Source: Candidatus Zambryskiibacteriota bacterium (GTDB lineage: Bacteria > Patescibacteriota > Minisyncoccia > Phycocordibacterales > DATDWN01). Taken from it: 64,000 bases of DNA. A program made the translations under genes and the position numbers. How positions within the stretch are numbered: the first letter of the stretch is position 1; each line of letters begins with the position of its first letter. The notes beneath the pieces were generated by a model that made no database searches, was not told the DNA's origin, and saw only the letters and a list, made by a program, of their open reading frames with translations. Positions 54,244 through 62,937 of this stretch are shown piece by piece. The stretch is from NCBI GenBank assembly GCA_003173855.1, contig PPGI01000008.1, forward strand, positions 10,119 to 74,118, written 5' to 3'.

Positions 54244-54594
54244 ATGAAGATTAAATATCACATCTACGGAGCTTTGTTGGGAATAGTTGTCGGATTTATT
54301 AGTGTCCACACTTTATTTATCGGTTCGGCATGGGCAATTGTTTTCTGGGGAATTGTTGGATTGGTTCTTGGATGGTTTACGGAAAAAGAAAATGTGAGAA
54401 TAATCGGAGTGCATTATGGTTTTATGCTTGTACTCTCGTTTCTTCTTTTTGGATTTCATGGAAAAAGCGAAGTTTTTTTGAAATTTTTACTTGCTTCAAT
54501 CGGTGCAAGTATAATTGGTGGGCTTTGTGGATGGTTAAATATCTATGTTGGTAATTGGTTAAAAAATAAATTATGGAGAAAAAATATTATTTAA
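54244..54594 (+). CDS. Membrane protein (4 transmembrane segments), hypothetical
   Basis: Hydrophobic ORF. Confidence 0.45.
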   Translation: MKIKYHIYGALLGIVVGFISVHTLFIGSAWAIVFWGIVGLVLGWFTEKENVRIIGVHYGFMLVLSFLLFGFHGKSEVFLKFLLASIGASIIGGLCGWLNIYVGNWLKNKLWRKNII

Positions 54595-54878
54595 TAAAAC
54601 TTATCGGTCCGCGACAAAATTTTGCTCTGACTATTACTGATTCAGAGAAAAATTTGATGATGGAGCATGGAAAATATTGGCAGGATATTATAAAAGCAGG
54701 ACATGTTGTTATTTTCGGTCCAGTCTTTGATGCAAATGATCAATGGGGAATAGTGATTGTTGAAACAGAAGATGGAAGCAAACCAAAAGAGTGGATTGAA
54801 GGCGATCCGACAATAAAATCAAATACAGGATTTAGCTACACTATTTCTCAAATTAAGGCAGGATTTGTCAGAAAGTAG
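54573..54878 (+). CDS. YciI-like small protein
   Basis: 101 aa; H..Y......AG.VV.FGP motif pattern typical of the YciI family. Confidence 0.5.
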   Translation: MEKKYYLIKLIGPRQNFALTITDSEKNLMMEHGKYWQDIIKAGHVVIFGPVFDANDQWGIVIVETEDGSKPKEWIEGDPTIKSNTGFSYTISQIKAGFVRK

Positions 54879-54919
54879 AGTGTTTTTCGTCTGTGATATA
54901 ATACAAAGAATAAAAAAGT

Positions 54920-55477
54920 ATGAGCGGAAAAATTAAAGACAAAGTTGGCTTAGTTATTGGAATTCTAATATTAATTGTTATTGGTGCAGCAATTTATTTT
55001 ACTCCTGTAAAAAAGCCTGGAACTTCGACACCTACACCAACTCCTTCAACTCCAACGCCGACACCAAATTTAACTGGTATTTATTATAAAAATGATAAAT
55101 ATGGATTTGCCATATCTCTTCCAGATTCTTGGAAAGGATACACAATAATTGATGATGAATGGGATGGTGATACAATCGATGCCCAAGGCCAAGTTCATAC
55201 AGGAACAATTCACGGTCCACTAATTTCAGTTCGTCATCCAGATTGGGATTACAAGGCACCACGACAAGATATTCCGATAATGGTTTTTACAATCAAGCAG
55301 TGGAACGATATGCAAGCGGATAAATTCCACATTGGTGCAGCACCTATTAACCCAAGCGAACTTGGACGAAATAAAAATTATGTTTTTGCCGTACCAGCTC
55401 GATATAACTATGCGTATCTCACTGGATACGAAGAGGTTGATCAGATTCTCAAAGGTGACAACTTTGTTGCGTTTTAA
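54920..55477 (+). CDS. Membrane-anchored secreted protein with a Pro/Thr linker (TPTPTPSTPTPTP)
   Basis: N-terminal transmembrane segment, PT linker, globular domain. Confidence 0.45.
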   Translation: MSGKIKDKVGLVIGILILIVIGAAIYFTPVKKPGTSTPTPTPSTPTPTPNLTGIYYKNDKYGFAISLPDSWKGYTIIDDEWDGDTIDAQGQVHTGTIHGPLISVRHPDWDYKAPRQDIPIMVFTIKQWNDMQADKFHIGAAPINPSELGRNKNYVFAVPARYNYAYLTGYEEVDQILKGDNFVAF

Positions 55478-55530
55478 AATTTGACCTTGTAATTTTTTCT
55501 GATAGAGTCTGATTTCAGAAAGGAGGATGC

Positions 55531-55839
55531 ATGGATTTTGTACTTTGGCTTGTTCACTTAACCGTAATTACACTTATAGTCTTCCTGATTTTGGTTTTGA
55601 TGAGAATCAAATATCCAAACTTTAAGCGATTTAAAGTGCCAGTGTTTGAAATTGGAATGGTTGATTCCTTCCTAATCATTACTAAATGGCACCTCCATTT
55701 CTTCAAAGCAACCATTATTGTAACAGCGATATTATTCCCGTTAATTTCTATATGGAAAGTAAGGAATGTGGTACTTTGTTCGAAGTACGTTATTGGATGG
55801 ATTTTGGTGTTCGTGTTTGTGGTCATGTGCCTCTCATAA
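55531..55839 (+). CDS. Small membrane protein (102 aa), hypothetical
   Basis: AAAGGAGG SD; 3 transmembrane segments. Confidence 0.4.
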   Translation: MDFVLWLVHLTVITLIVFLILVLMRIKYPNFKRFKVPVFEIGMVDSFLIITKWHLHFFKATIIVTAILFPLISIWKVRNVVLCSKYVIGWILVFVFVVMCLS

Positions 55840-55859
55840 AAATATGCGGGGCACTTTTT

Positions 55860-56504
55860 CTAATGAGCGATTGTAAATGCAAAAACATCTCTAGCTCCTG
55901 TGTTCAATAAAGTTTTTCTTGCTTCAGAAAATGTGCTCCCCGTTGTTACAACGTCATCTATTAAAATAATATATTTTCCAGAAACTTGAGGGTTAGCTTC
56001 AAAACAGTTATGTAAATTCTTTTTTCTTTCTTCGCGAGATTCACTGTGACTTTGCCGTGGCGTTTCTTTTATTTTTTGAAACCACTGTGGAGCGTAGGTC
56101 AAAATATGTGGCAAATCACAGTTTAGGATTTCTTTAGCAATTAATTCACTTTGATTGTAACCTCGTTCACGTCTGCGCTCAGTTGTAATTGGAATTGGAA
56201 TCAAAAGAAATTGAGCATCAGATTCAAACATCAATAAATCTCCGATCAGAGCAACGATTTCTTCATAAAGTAACTGTCCAATGTGTTCAAGAAGCTTGGT
56301 GTTTCTTTGGTATTTTAATTCCCAGACTAGAGCTTTAACTCGCGAATCTTTGTATTGAAATAGTGGATGGATCCAGCGCATATCCTTGACTTCATTTGCT
56401 TTTGGCAATAAATCTATTGTCTTTTCGTCTAAATTATTGACAATAGCGAAATTTCGGCGAGGAGGAATGAGAAAATCCAAGATTTTTGTAAGAATTTCCC
56501 TCAT
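55860..56504 (-). CDS. comFC: ComF-family phosphoribosyltransferase (competence protein ComFC)
   Basis: C-terminal PRTase motif ILIDDVVTTGSTF; ~214 aa. Confidence 0.75.
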   Translation of the reverse strand: MREILTKILDFLIPPRRNFAIVNNLDEKTIDLLPKANEVKDMRWIHPLFQYKDSRVKALVWELKYQRNTKLLEHIGQLLYEEIVALIGDLLMFESDAQFLLIPIPITTERRRERGYNQSELIAKEILNCDLPHILTYAPQWFQKIKETPRQSHSESREERKKNLHNCFEANPQVSGKYIILIDDVVTTGSTFSEARKTLLNTGARDVFAFTIAH

Positions 56505-56568
56505 ATGTAGTTACTCTTACTTTAATCATGCTATAATATTTTACAAGTAAGAGCCGGAAGAATTTTTT

Positions 56569-57693
56569 ATGCCACCTTTTCTTTCCAATCTGTTCAAAAA
56601 AAGAGCCAAAAGCGTAATTGGAGTAGATATTGGCTCTTCCTCTATAAAAATTGTTCAACTGACTAAAAAAAGCGGTCATCCCGTACTCGAAACATACGGG
56701 GAACTTTCGCTTGGCCCTTATGCTGGTAAAGAAGTCGGGGAAGCGACTAATTTGCCAATTGAAAAAATTATTGCGGCGGTAACCGATATGCTTCGGGAGA
56801 AAGAAGTCAATATTACAACTAGAGTTGCAGGTCTTTCGATCCCATTTGCATCAAGCTTAATGGCTGTAATTGAATTGCCGGCATTGTCAGCTAAAGAAAT
56901 TTCCGATATGGTGCCGATCGAATCAAGAAAATATATTCCCGTTCCAATTTCAGAAGTGACACTGGATTGGTATCCGATTCCAAAAGATAAGTCTCCTGAT
57001 TCAGAAGCTGTGCCGATTCCTGACCCAAACTTTCCTCCGCCTGCGCCAAAACAGGAAGTGCTGATAGTTGCTTTGCACAATGATACGATCAATCAGTACA
57101 AAGATATTGTTACAAAAAGCGGACTGGAAGCTAGCTTTTTTGAAATCGAAATTTTCAGCACTATGCGATCAATTCTTGATCAAGATGTAACGCCAGTGCT
57201 TTTGATCGACATGGGAGCAACATCAACCAAGCTTTACATAGTTGAGCGGGCCATCCTGCGTAGTTCGCATATGATCAATCGCGGTTCGCAGAAAATTACA
57301 GACGAACTTTCTAAATCACTCGGCATTTCCATAACTGATGCAGAATATTTGAAACGAGAAAAAGGATTGATGGGTGAAATAAACGGAATTCCTGTACGAA
57401 ATGTAATGACAATCACATTAAATTATATTTTCTCGGAAGCCAACCAAGTTTTGCTTGCATATCAGAAAAAATACAACAAAAACGTTTCGAAAGTGCTTTT
57501 GGTTGGCGGCGGTAGTGCGCTAAAGGGAATAGTTGACGTTGCAAAGTCTATTTTTAATGTAGAAGTTCTTGCGGGAGACCCATTTGGTAAGGTTGTTGCA
57601 CCGGCTTTTTTAGAAAAAGTTCTGCGCGATACTGGACCTGAATTTGCTGTAGCAGTAGGCGTCGCCTTAAGAGTATTACAGGAGAAGGGATAG
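56569..57693 (+). CDS. pilM: Type IV pilus assembly protein PilM (actin-like ATPase fold)
   Basis: SVIGVDIGSSSIKIVQL N-terminus; FtsA/PilM-like. Confidence 0.8.
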   Translation: MPPFLSNLFKKRAKSVIGVDIGSSSIKIVQLTKKSGHPVLETYGELSLGPYAGKEVGEATNLPIEKIIAAVTDMLREKEVNITTRVAGLSIPFASSLMAVIELPALSAKEISDMVPIESRKYIPVPISEVTLDWYPIPKDKSPDSEAVPIPDPNFPPPAPKQEVLIVALHNDTINQYKDIVTKSGLEASFFEIEIFSTMRSILDQDVTPVLLIDMGATSTKLYIVERAILRSSHMINRGSQKITDELSKSLGISITDAEYLKREKGLMGEINGIPVRNVMTITLNYIFSEANQVLLAYQKKYNKNVSKVLLVGGGSALKGIVDVAKSIFNVEVLAGDPFGKVVAPAFLEKVLRDTGPEFAVAVGVALRVLQEKG

Positions 57694-57799
57694 AACTTCG
57701 AAAACTTGCGCATTTCGTTGTTGCAGTTCAATTTTGCTGTTCACCTTACTACAAGTAAGGCTCACTCACAAAATTTCCTGCGCCTAGAACTGCATCCAG
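57694..57799 (+). repeat. Structured intergenic element, copy M4: central hairpin ccttac-tacaa-gtaagg inside nested long-range helices
   Basis: Outer perfect 12-bp inverted repeat acttcgaaaact / agttttcgaagt (57695-57706 with 57787-57798). Inner tgcagttc/gaactgca and gcgca/tgcgc pairings. Central hairpin 57744..57760 matches the M1-M3 family. Confidence 0.55.
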
Positions 57800-57837
57800 T
57801 TTTCGAAGTTCGAGATTGTTATGTTTGACGGAATTTT

Positions 57838-58098
57838 TTGGAATGGTACTATCAAGTCCGGAGGCATTCTATGGAGACCAATGAAATTAAGACTCCAGTA
57901 CCAGAGGAAACAATCTGGGAAGCCACAGATCTCTGCGAAATTGGTGGGCGACAACAGGAGCCGTCAGTGAAAAAAGAAGTTACCGATTATGATGAAACCC
58001 CTCCCTCAAGATGGGTTGGGATCGTTCTCGGAACGACTATCATTTCTTTTATCGTCTTAGGCACACGCTACGCATTTTTTAAAGGTTGGATCAGCTGA
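57838..58098 (+). CDS. Hypothetical 86-aa protein with a C-terminal transmembrane segment
   Basis: ORF followed by the terminator at 58113..58141; TGA stop. Confidence 0.35.
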   Translation: MEWYYQVRRHSMETNEIKTPVPEETIWEATDLCEIGGRQQEPSVKKEVTDYDETPPSRWVGIVLGTTIISFIVLGTRYAFFKGWIS

Positions 58099-58202
58099 CT
58101 GACTCTGCAAGAAAAAGGCCAATTTCTTGCGGGGTCTTTTTCTTTATTTTTTCCCCAACTTGCGCTGTTTTTTTAAATATAGCTGTAATATAATTAAATG
58201 GA

Positions 58203-58808
58203 ATGGAACCCAAATTCAATACATCGTTCATTCCTAAAAAACCGATTGTCGAAACTCCAGCAGTATCTGGAAAGCGTTCCGGATCTTTCAATATTCTCTC
58301 TGCTCTATCCACCCTTATTTTTATTGTTACAATCCTAGCCGCAGGAGGGCTTTTTGTATATAAAAATGTTTTAAACGGACAAATTGCTAAAGCTGAACAA
58401 GAGGTAAATGATGCAAGAGAAGCATTTCAAACTCAAAAAATCCAAGATTTACTTGATGCCAATGCCCGTATTGTTGCCACGAAAAATCTAATGAATAGCC
58501 ACGTTGCTGTTTCAGAGCTTGTGGCATTACTGCAAAATTTAACACTAAAAACTGTTAAATATACGAAACTGACATACAACAGTGAAAAAGGTGCGCCAAC
58601 CTTAAACATTGATGCCGAAGCTCGAAGTTATAATGCTCTAGCTGATCTATCTGATCAATTTTTGAAAAATGATTTTGTAAAAGGTCAAATTTTTTCTAAT
58701 TTCAATTTAGTAGACAATGGAAATGTCAAAGTAAATATTTTTGCCACACTTGACCCAAGCCTAACGTCGTATAAAAGAGCTTTGGATGTAAAAGGAGCCA
58801 CACAATAA
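58203..58808 (+). CDS. pilN: PilN-like bitopic pilus assembly protein
   Basis: Single transmembrane segment after ~35 aa, then coiled-coil and periplasmic domain; follows pilM. Confidence 0.5.
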   Translation: MEPKFNTSFIPKKPIVETPAVSGKRSGSFNILSALSTLIFIVTILAAGGLFVYKNVLNGQIAKAEQEVNDAREAFQTQKIQDLLDANARIVATKNLMNSHVAVSELVALLQNLTLKTVKYTKLTYNSEKGAPTLNIDAEARSYNALADLSDQFLKNDFVKGQIFSNFNLVDNGNVKVNIFATLDPSLTSYKRALDVKGATQ

Positions 58809-58809
58809 C

Positions 58810-59379
58810 ATGAAATCATTTCTTCCATTCGCCATGATTGCAATCTGTGTAGGTAGCTACTATATGTATATTTCACCTATGTGGTCTGATGTCGATAGTT
58901 TGATTGCCAAAAAGGCTGAATACGAAAATGTTCTTCTCAAAACGAAGGAAATTGCCCAAGAACGTGATGCGGCAATTGCTTCCTACAACAGCATTCCCCA
59001 AGAGGACCTGGATAAACTCAATAAGATTGTTCCAGAAACTTTTAATGAAGCTTTTGTAGCAAACACAATTAGTTCGCTTGCTGCAAAATATGGCATGTCT
59101 CTTTCTGAATTTAGTGCGAATCTACCTGTAACACAAGAAAGAACAGACGAAAATAGCACTGATACAACTAATGATAATAAATTGTACAAAACTGAAACTA
59201 TAAAATTAAAGCTGAAGGGACAATTTGGCCAATTTACAAATTTCCTAAATGATCTTGAGTCCAGCTTGCATCTAATGGACATCAAAAACATTGTAATTTC
59301 AGCAAATTCCGGTGGAAAAAATCCTAGTGATTTAAATATGGAATATGATTTAGATATAAATACATATTCTTTGAAATAA
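58810..59379 (+). CDS. pilO: PilO-like bitopic pilus assembly protein
   Basis: N-terminal transmembrane segment, coiled-coil, C-terminal domain; gene order pilM-N-O. Confidence 0.5.
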   Translation: MKSFLPFAMIAICVGSYYMYISPMWSDVDSLIAKKAEYENVLLKTKEIAQERDAAIASYNSIPQEDLDKLNKIVPETFNEAFVANTISSLAAKYGMSLSEFSANLPVTQERTDENSTDTTNDNKLYKTETIKLKLKGQFGQFTNFLNDLESSLHLMDIKNIVISANSGGKNPSDLNMEYDLDINTYSLK

Positions 59380-59380
59380 T

Positions 59381-59731
59381 ATGTCAAATTCATCTAAAAT
59401 TTTAATCGGAGTTCTCTTAATCGCAATCATTGGCGCCGCAGCATACTATTTCTTTTCTGGAAGCAATCAGTCAGATGCAAGTTCTACTCAAAGTGAAGTG
59501 GTTGGACAAGATATTTTGGTATTGGCGGAAAAATTGCAAACGCTTTCAATCGATCAAAGTGTTTTTACCGGCGCTGTCTTCGAGAGTCTAAGTGATCGCG
59601 ATGCGATTATCCAACCAGAAGCACAAGGAAGATTCAATCCATTTTCTAATATTGGTTCTGAGGCAGTTGGAGTTATTCCTCGACTGCCATACAAAACTTC
59701 AGCAAACGCTACGAGCACAACAACTCCGTAA
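59381..59731 (+). CDS. Small membrane-anchored protein (PilP-like position), hypothetical
   Basis: N-terminal transmembrane segment; Ser/Thr-rich tail. Confidence 0.35.
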   Translation: MSNSSKILIGVLLIAIIGAAAYYFFSGSNQSDASSTQSEVVGQDILVLAEKLQTLSIDQSVFTGAVFESLSDRDAIIQPEAQGRFNPFSNIGSEAVGVIPRLPYKTSANATSTTTP

Positions 59732-59742
59732 GCTAAAATAAT

Positions 59743-61470
59743 ATGGATATTCTTGAAGCACTTGTACAAAAGGGCATACTGCCAAAACAAGAGGTAAAAA
59801 CTGTTACTGATGAAGCCGTTTCCTCGGGCCTTACATTGGAAGAAGTTTTAATTAAACGCGGAGTTTCCCCGTACGATATTTTGGCGGCCAAAGGAGAATT
59901 TTTTGATGTGCCTGTTAGAAACTTGGGTGAGGGAGTAGATATTCCGCGTAAAACTCTCGAATATATTCCAGAAGATTCAGCAACACATTACAGAGTAGTT
60001 CCGCTCGGTGTTAATGACGGAGTGCTAGAAGTTGGTATGACTGATCCGGATGATATCGAGGCAAGAGATGCACTCAATTTTATTTCAACAAAAATTGGAA
60101 TGCCTTTTAAGATTTTTTTGATTACTGAAGCTGATTTTAATAAAGTTCTAGCTCTTTACAAAGGACTAACTGGAGAAATTTCAAAATCACTTTCAGAAAT
60201 TGAACTTGAACTTAAAAATGAAATTACAGGTGATGAGGATAAAGACAAAGTTGATGACGATACTGCTCTTGGCCAAGGAAAAAATATTAAAGAAGATGCG
60301 CCTGTTACAAAAATCGTGGCCACAATTCTTCGTTATGCTACAGACGGCAACGCTTCTGATATTCACATTGAACCGCGACGAGACAATGTTCGAGTGAGAT
60401 TTCGTGTTGACGGCATTATGAATACTTCTCTTACTCTTCCATCAAAGGTACACTCGGCAGTGATCGCTCGTATAAAAATTCTCTGCAACATGAGGCTTGA
60501 TGAAAAAAGAAAACCTCAAGACGGCCGTTTTACAGCTCGAATTGAAGGCCGCAAAATTGATTTTCGTGTTTCAACATTTCCAACTTTTTTTGGTGAGAAA
60601 GTGGTGATGAGGCTTCTTGATCAGCAAAAAGGTGTTAAAAAATTGGATCAACTTGGACTTTCAGCTTCAAATCTTGAAACAATAAGAAAAGCAATAAATA
60701 AATCATACGGATTAATTTTAATTTCCGGTCCTACTGGATCAGGAAAAACTACTACGCTGTATTCAATGCTCAATGAAATGGATTTAGAACACCAGAATGT
60801 GCTTTCTCTTGAAGACCCAATTGAATACAACATTGATGGAATGTCGCAGTCTCAAGTTCAAGGGGATATCGGTTACACCTTTGCTTCAGGTTTGCGTACA
60901 ACACTTCGACAAGATCCTGACGTCATCATGGTGGGTGAGATTCGAGATAAGGAAACTGCGGAGCTGGCTATTCAAGCGGCCCTTACTGGCCATTTGGTGC
61001 TTTCAACAATTCACACGAACGGTGCTATCGGAGTTATTCCGCGATTAATTGATATGGGTATTGATCCATATTTAATTGCCCCAACACTTATTTTAGCAAT
61101 CGCTCAGCGTTTGACTCTAAGCCTTTGTGAGGGTGCCGGAACAGAAATGCCAATTGAAGGAAGCTTAAAATTGATGATTGATAAGCAATTTAGCGATTTA
61201 CCGCAAAAATATTTAAGCGAATTGGATTTTACAAAAGTTGTTTATAAGGCTAGCGGGACAAGTGATTGTCCGAGCGGCACTCGAGGAAGAATTGCCGTTA
61301 TGGAAGTGATGGAAATGGATAAGGATGTCGAAAATATAATATTAAAAAATCCAACAGAGCCTGAACTGACAAAATTGATGAGAACTAAGGGCATGCTCAT
61401 GATGAAAGAGGATGCCATTATAAAAGCCATGCATAGGCTGATTCCGTTCGAAGAGGTTAATATGTTATAA
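59743..61470 (+). CDS. pilB: Type IV pilus assembly ATPase PilB (full-length GspE family with an N-terminal T2SSE_N domain)
   Basis: 575 aa; Walker A GPTGSGKTT; Asp and His boxes. Confidence 0.9.
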   Translation: MDILEALVQKGILPKQEVKTVTDEAVSSGLTLEEVLIKRGVSPYDILAAKGEFFDVPVRNLGEGVDIPRKTLEYIPEDSATHYRVVPLGVNDGVLEVGMTDPDDIEARDALNFISTKIGMPFKIFLITEADFNKVLALYKGLTGEISKSLSEIELELKNEITGDEDKDKVDDDTALGQGKNIKEDAPVTKIVATILRYATDGNASDIHIEPRRDNVRVRFRVDGIMNTSLTLPSKVHSAVIARIKILCNMRLDEKRKPQDGRFTARIEGRKIDFRVSTFPTFFGEKVVMRLLDQQKGVKKLDQLGLSASNLETIRKAINKSYGLILISGPTGSGKTTTLYSMLNEMDLEHQNVLSLEDPIEYNIDGMSQSQVQGDIGYTFASGLRTTLRQDPDVIMVGEIRDKETAELAIQAALTGHLVLSTIHTNGAIGVIPRLIDMGIDPYLIAPTLILAIAQRLTLSLCEGAGTEMPIEGSLKLMIDKQFSDLPQKYLSELDFTKVVYKASGTSDCPSGTRGRIAVMEVMEMDKDVENIILKNPTEPELTKLMRTKGMLMMKEDAIIKAMHRLIPFEEVNML

Positions 61471-61482
61471 TTTTAAATTAAT

Positions 61483-61869
61483 ATGACTGATAATCCACTG
61501 AAAATACTTTTGATTGATGATGACCGATTTCTTCTTGATATGTATTCGTTAAAATTTAAGAAATCAAATCTTGATGTCGACACTTCTTCTACAGCTCAGG
61601 CAGCACTTGGTAAAATTAAAGATGATGACAAATACGATATAATTCTTCTTGATATCATTATGCCTGGAATGGATGGCTTAGAGTTTCTAAAAAATTTAAG
61701 AGAACAAAAATTGGCAATGAAAGCTACAATTATAATGCTTACAAACCAAGCAGATGATTTTGAAAAAGCCAAAGCTTTTGATGTTGATGGCTATATTATA
61801 AAAGCAACGACAATTCCATCCGAAGTTGTTGAGCAAGTTCTTGCAATTTACAAAAATAAAAAAAGATAA
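61483..61869 (+). CDS. Stand-alone response-regulator receiver domain (CheY/PilH-like)
   Basis: DD...D phospho-acceptor pocket (LLIDDD, ILLDIIMPGMDG), K near the C-terminus. Confidence 0.8.
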   Translation: MTDNPLKILLIDDDRFLLDMYSLKFKKSNLDVDTSSTAQAALGKIKDDDKYDIILLDIIMPGMDGLEFLKNLREQKLAMKATIIMLTNQADDFEKAKAFDVDGYIIKATTIPSEVVEQVLAIYKNKKR

Positions 61870-62933
61870 TGGCAGATTACAAGAAAATATTTGAAGATTT
61901 GATTGCAACAGTCTTGCGTGAAGATGCATCAGACCTTCACCTGGGGGAGGGACGACAACCAATACTTCGTGTCTCAAGTTTTCTCATTCCTTTAACAAAC
62001 CATCCAGCGCTTTCACGTACAGACTTAAAAGCAATGCTTGATGAATTGTTGGATCCTTCAAAAAAAGAAATTTTTTTAGAAAAAAAAGAAGTTGATTTTG
62101 CTTATAGCCACAATAACATGGAACGTTTTCGATGCAACGCTTTTTTCCAATCTGGAAAAATCGGCATTGCAATGAGATACATTCCTAAAAAAATAAAAAC
62201 TTTTGAGGAATTAAATCTTCCGCCAATTTTAAATACGTTCGTTAATAAACAGCAAGGGTTTTTCCTGGTTGTAGGTCCGACAGGACAGGGAAAATCGACA
62301 ACGCTAGCAGCTATGATTGATCGAATCAATGAACAGCGGCTAGAACATATTATTACTATAGAAGACCCGATTGAATATATTTTTGAATCGAAAAAATCAA
62401 TCATTGATCAACGTGAAGTGCTTCAAGATACTCCAGATTTCCATTCCGGACTTCAGGGAATGTTCCGGCAAGACGTTGATGTAATGATGATTGGTGAAAT
62501 GAGAAGTCCAGAAGATATTTCAACTGCCGTCACTGCGGCAGAAACCGGTCACTTAGTTTTTTCTACCTTGCATACTAACACTGCATCTCAAACTATTGAT
62601 CGTATTATTGACTCGTTTCAGGCTGGCCAACAAGAACAAATTAGTTTGCAGCTTTCAGCGAGTTTAATCGGCATTCTTTCACAGCGATTGATTCCGAGAA
62701 TTTCTGGAGGACTTATTCCAGCATGTGAACTGCTAATCAATACAACGGCAGTGGCAAATCTTATTCGAGACAAGCGAACACATGAGATCAATTCAATTAT
62801 TGAAACAAGTGCTGAAGCAGGCATGATTGACCTCAATCGATGTTTAACTGATCTCGTAAGAGCAGGTGAAATTACAATAGAGAATGCATATTTGTATTCT
62901 CAAAATCCAAAAGGATTAGAAAGAACACTTTAA
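61869..62933 (+). CDS. pilT: Twitching-motility retraction ATPase PilT
   Basis: 354 aa; Walker A GPTGQGKST; PilT-like AIRNLIRE-type motif (AVANLIRD). Confidence 0.88.
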   Translation: MADYKKIFEDLIATVLREDASDLHLGEGRQPILRVSSFLIPLTNHPALSRTDLKAMLDELLDPSKKEIFLEKKEVDFAYSHNNMERFRCNAFFQSGKIGIAMRYIPKKIKTFEELNLPPILNTFVNKQQGFFLVVGPTGQGKSTTLAAMIDRINEQRLEHIITIEDPIEYIFESKKSIIDQREVLQDTPDFHSGLQGMFRQDVDVMMIGEMRSPEDISTAVTAAETGHLVFSTLHTNTASQTIDRIIDSFQAGQQEQISLQLSASLIGILSQRLIPRISGGLIPACELLINTTAVANLIRDKRTHEINSIIETSAEAGMIDLNRCLTDLVRAGEITIENAYLYSQNPKGLERTL

Positions 62934-62937
62934 AATT

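Noticed and set aside
46002-62836. Numerous short ORFs antisense to pilus, SDR, comFC and pilB/pilT genes (e.g. 46002-46232, 46040-46279, 46777-46977, 47383-47586, 49212-49400, 50445-50753, 50805-51176, 51184-51429, 51774-51971, 51968-52284, 52592-52894, 53114-53308, 54016-54210, 54330-54554, 55032-55262, 55554-55826, 55686-55910, 56434-56679, 56718-57092, 57234-57416, 57462-57731, 58091-58312, 58685-58876, 58983-59393, 59554-59790, 60200-60833, 60797-61048, 61242-61430, 61696-61977, 61984-62172, 62102-62404, 62618-62836)
   Set aside because: They overlap better-supported genes. 51774-51971 and 54016-54210 fall on the MITE-like repeat and the tRNA-Ser gene respectively.
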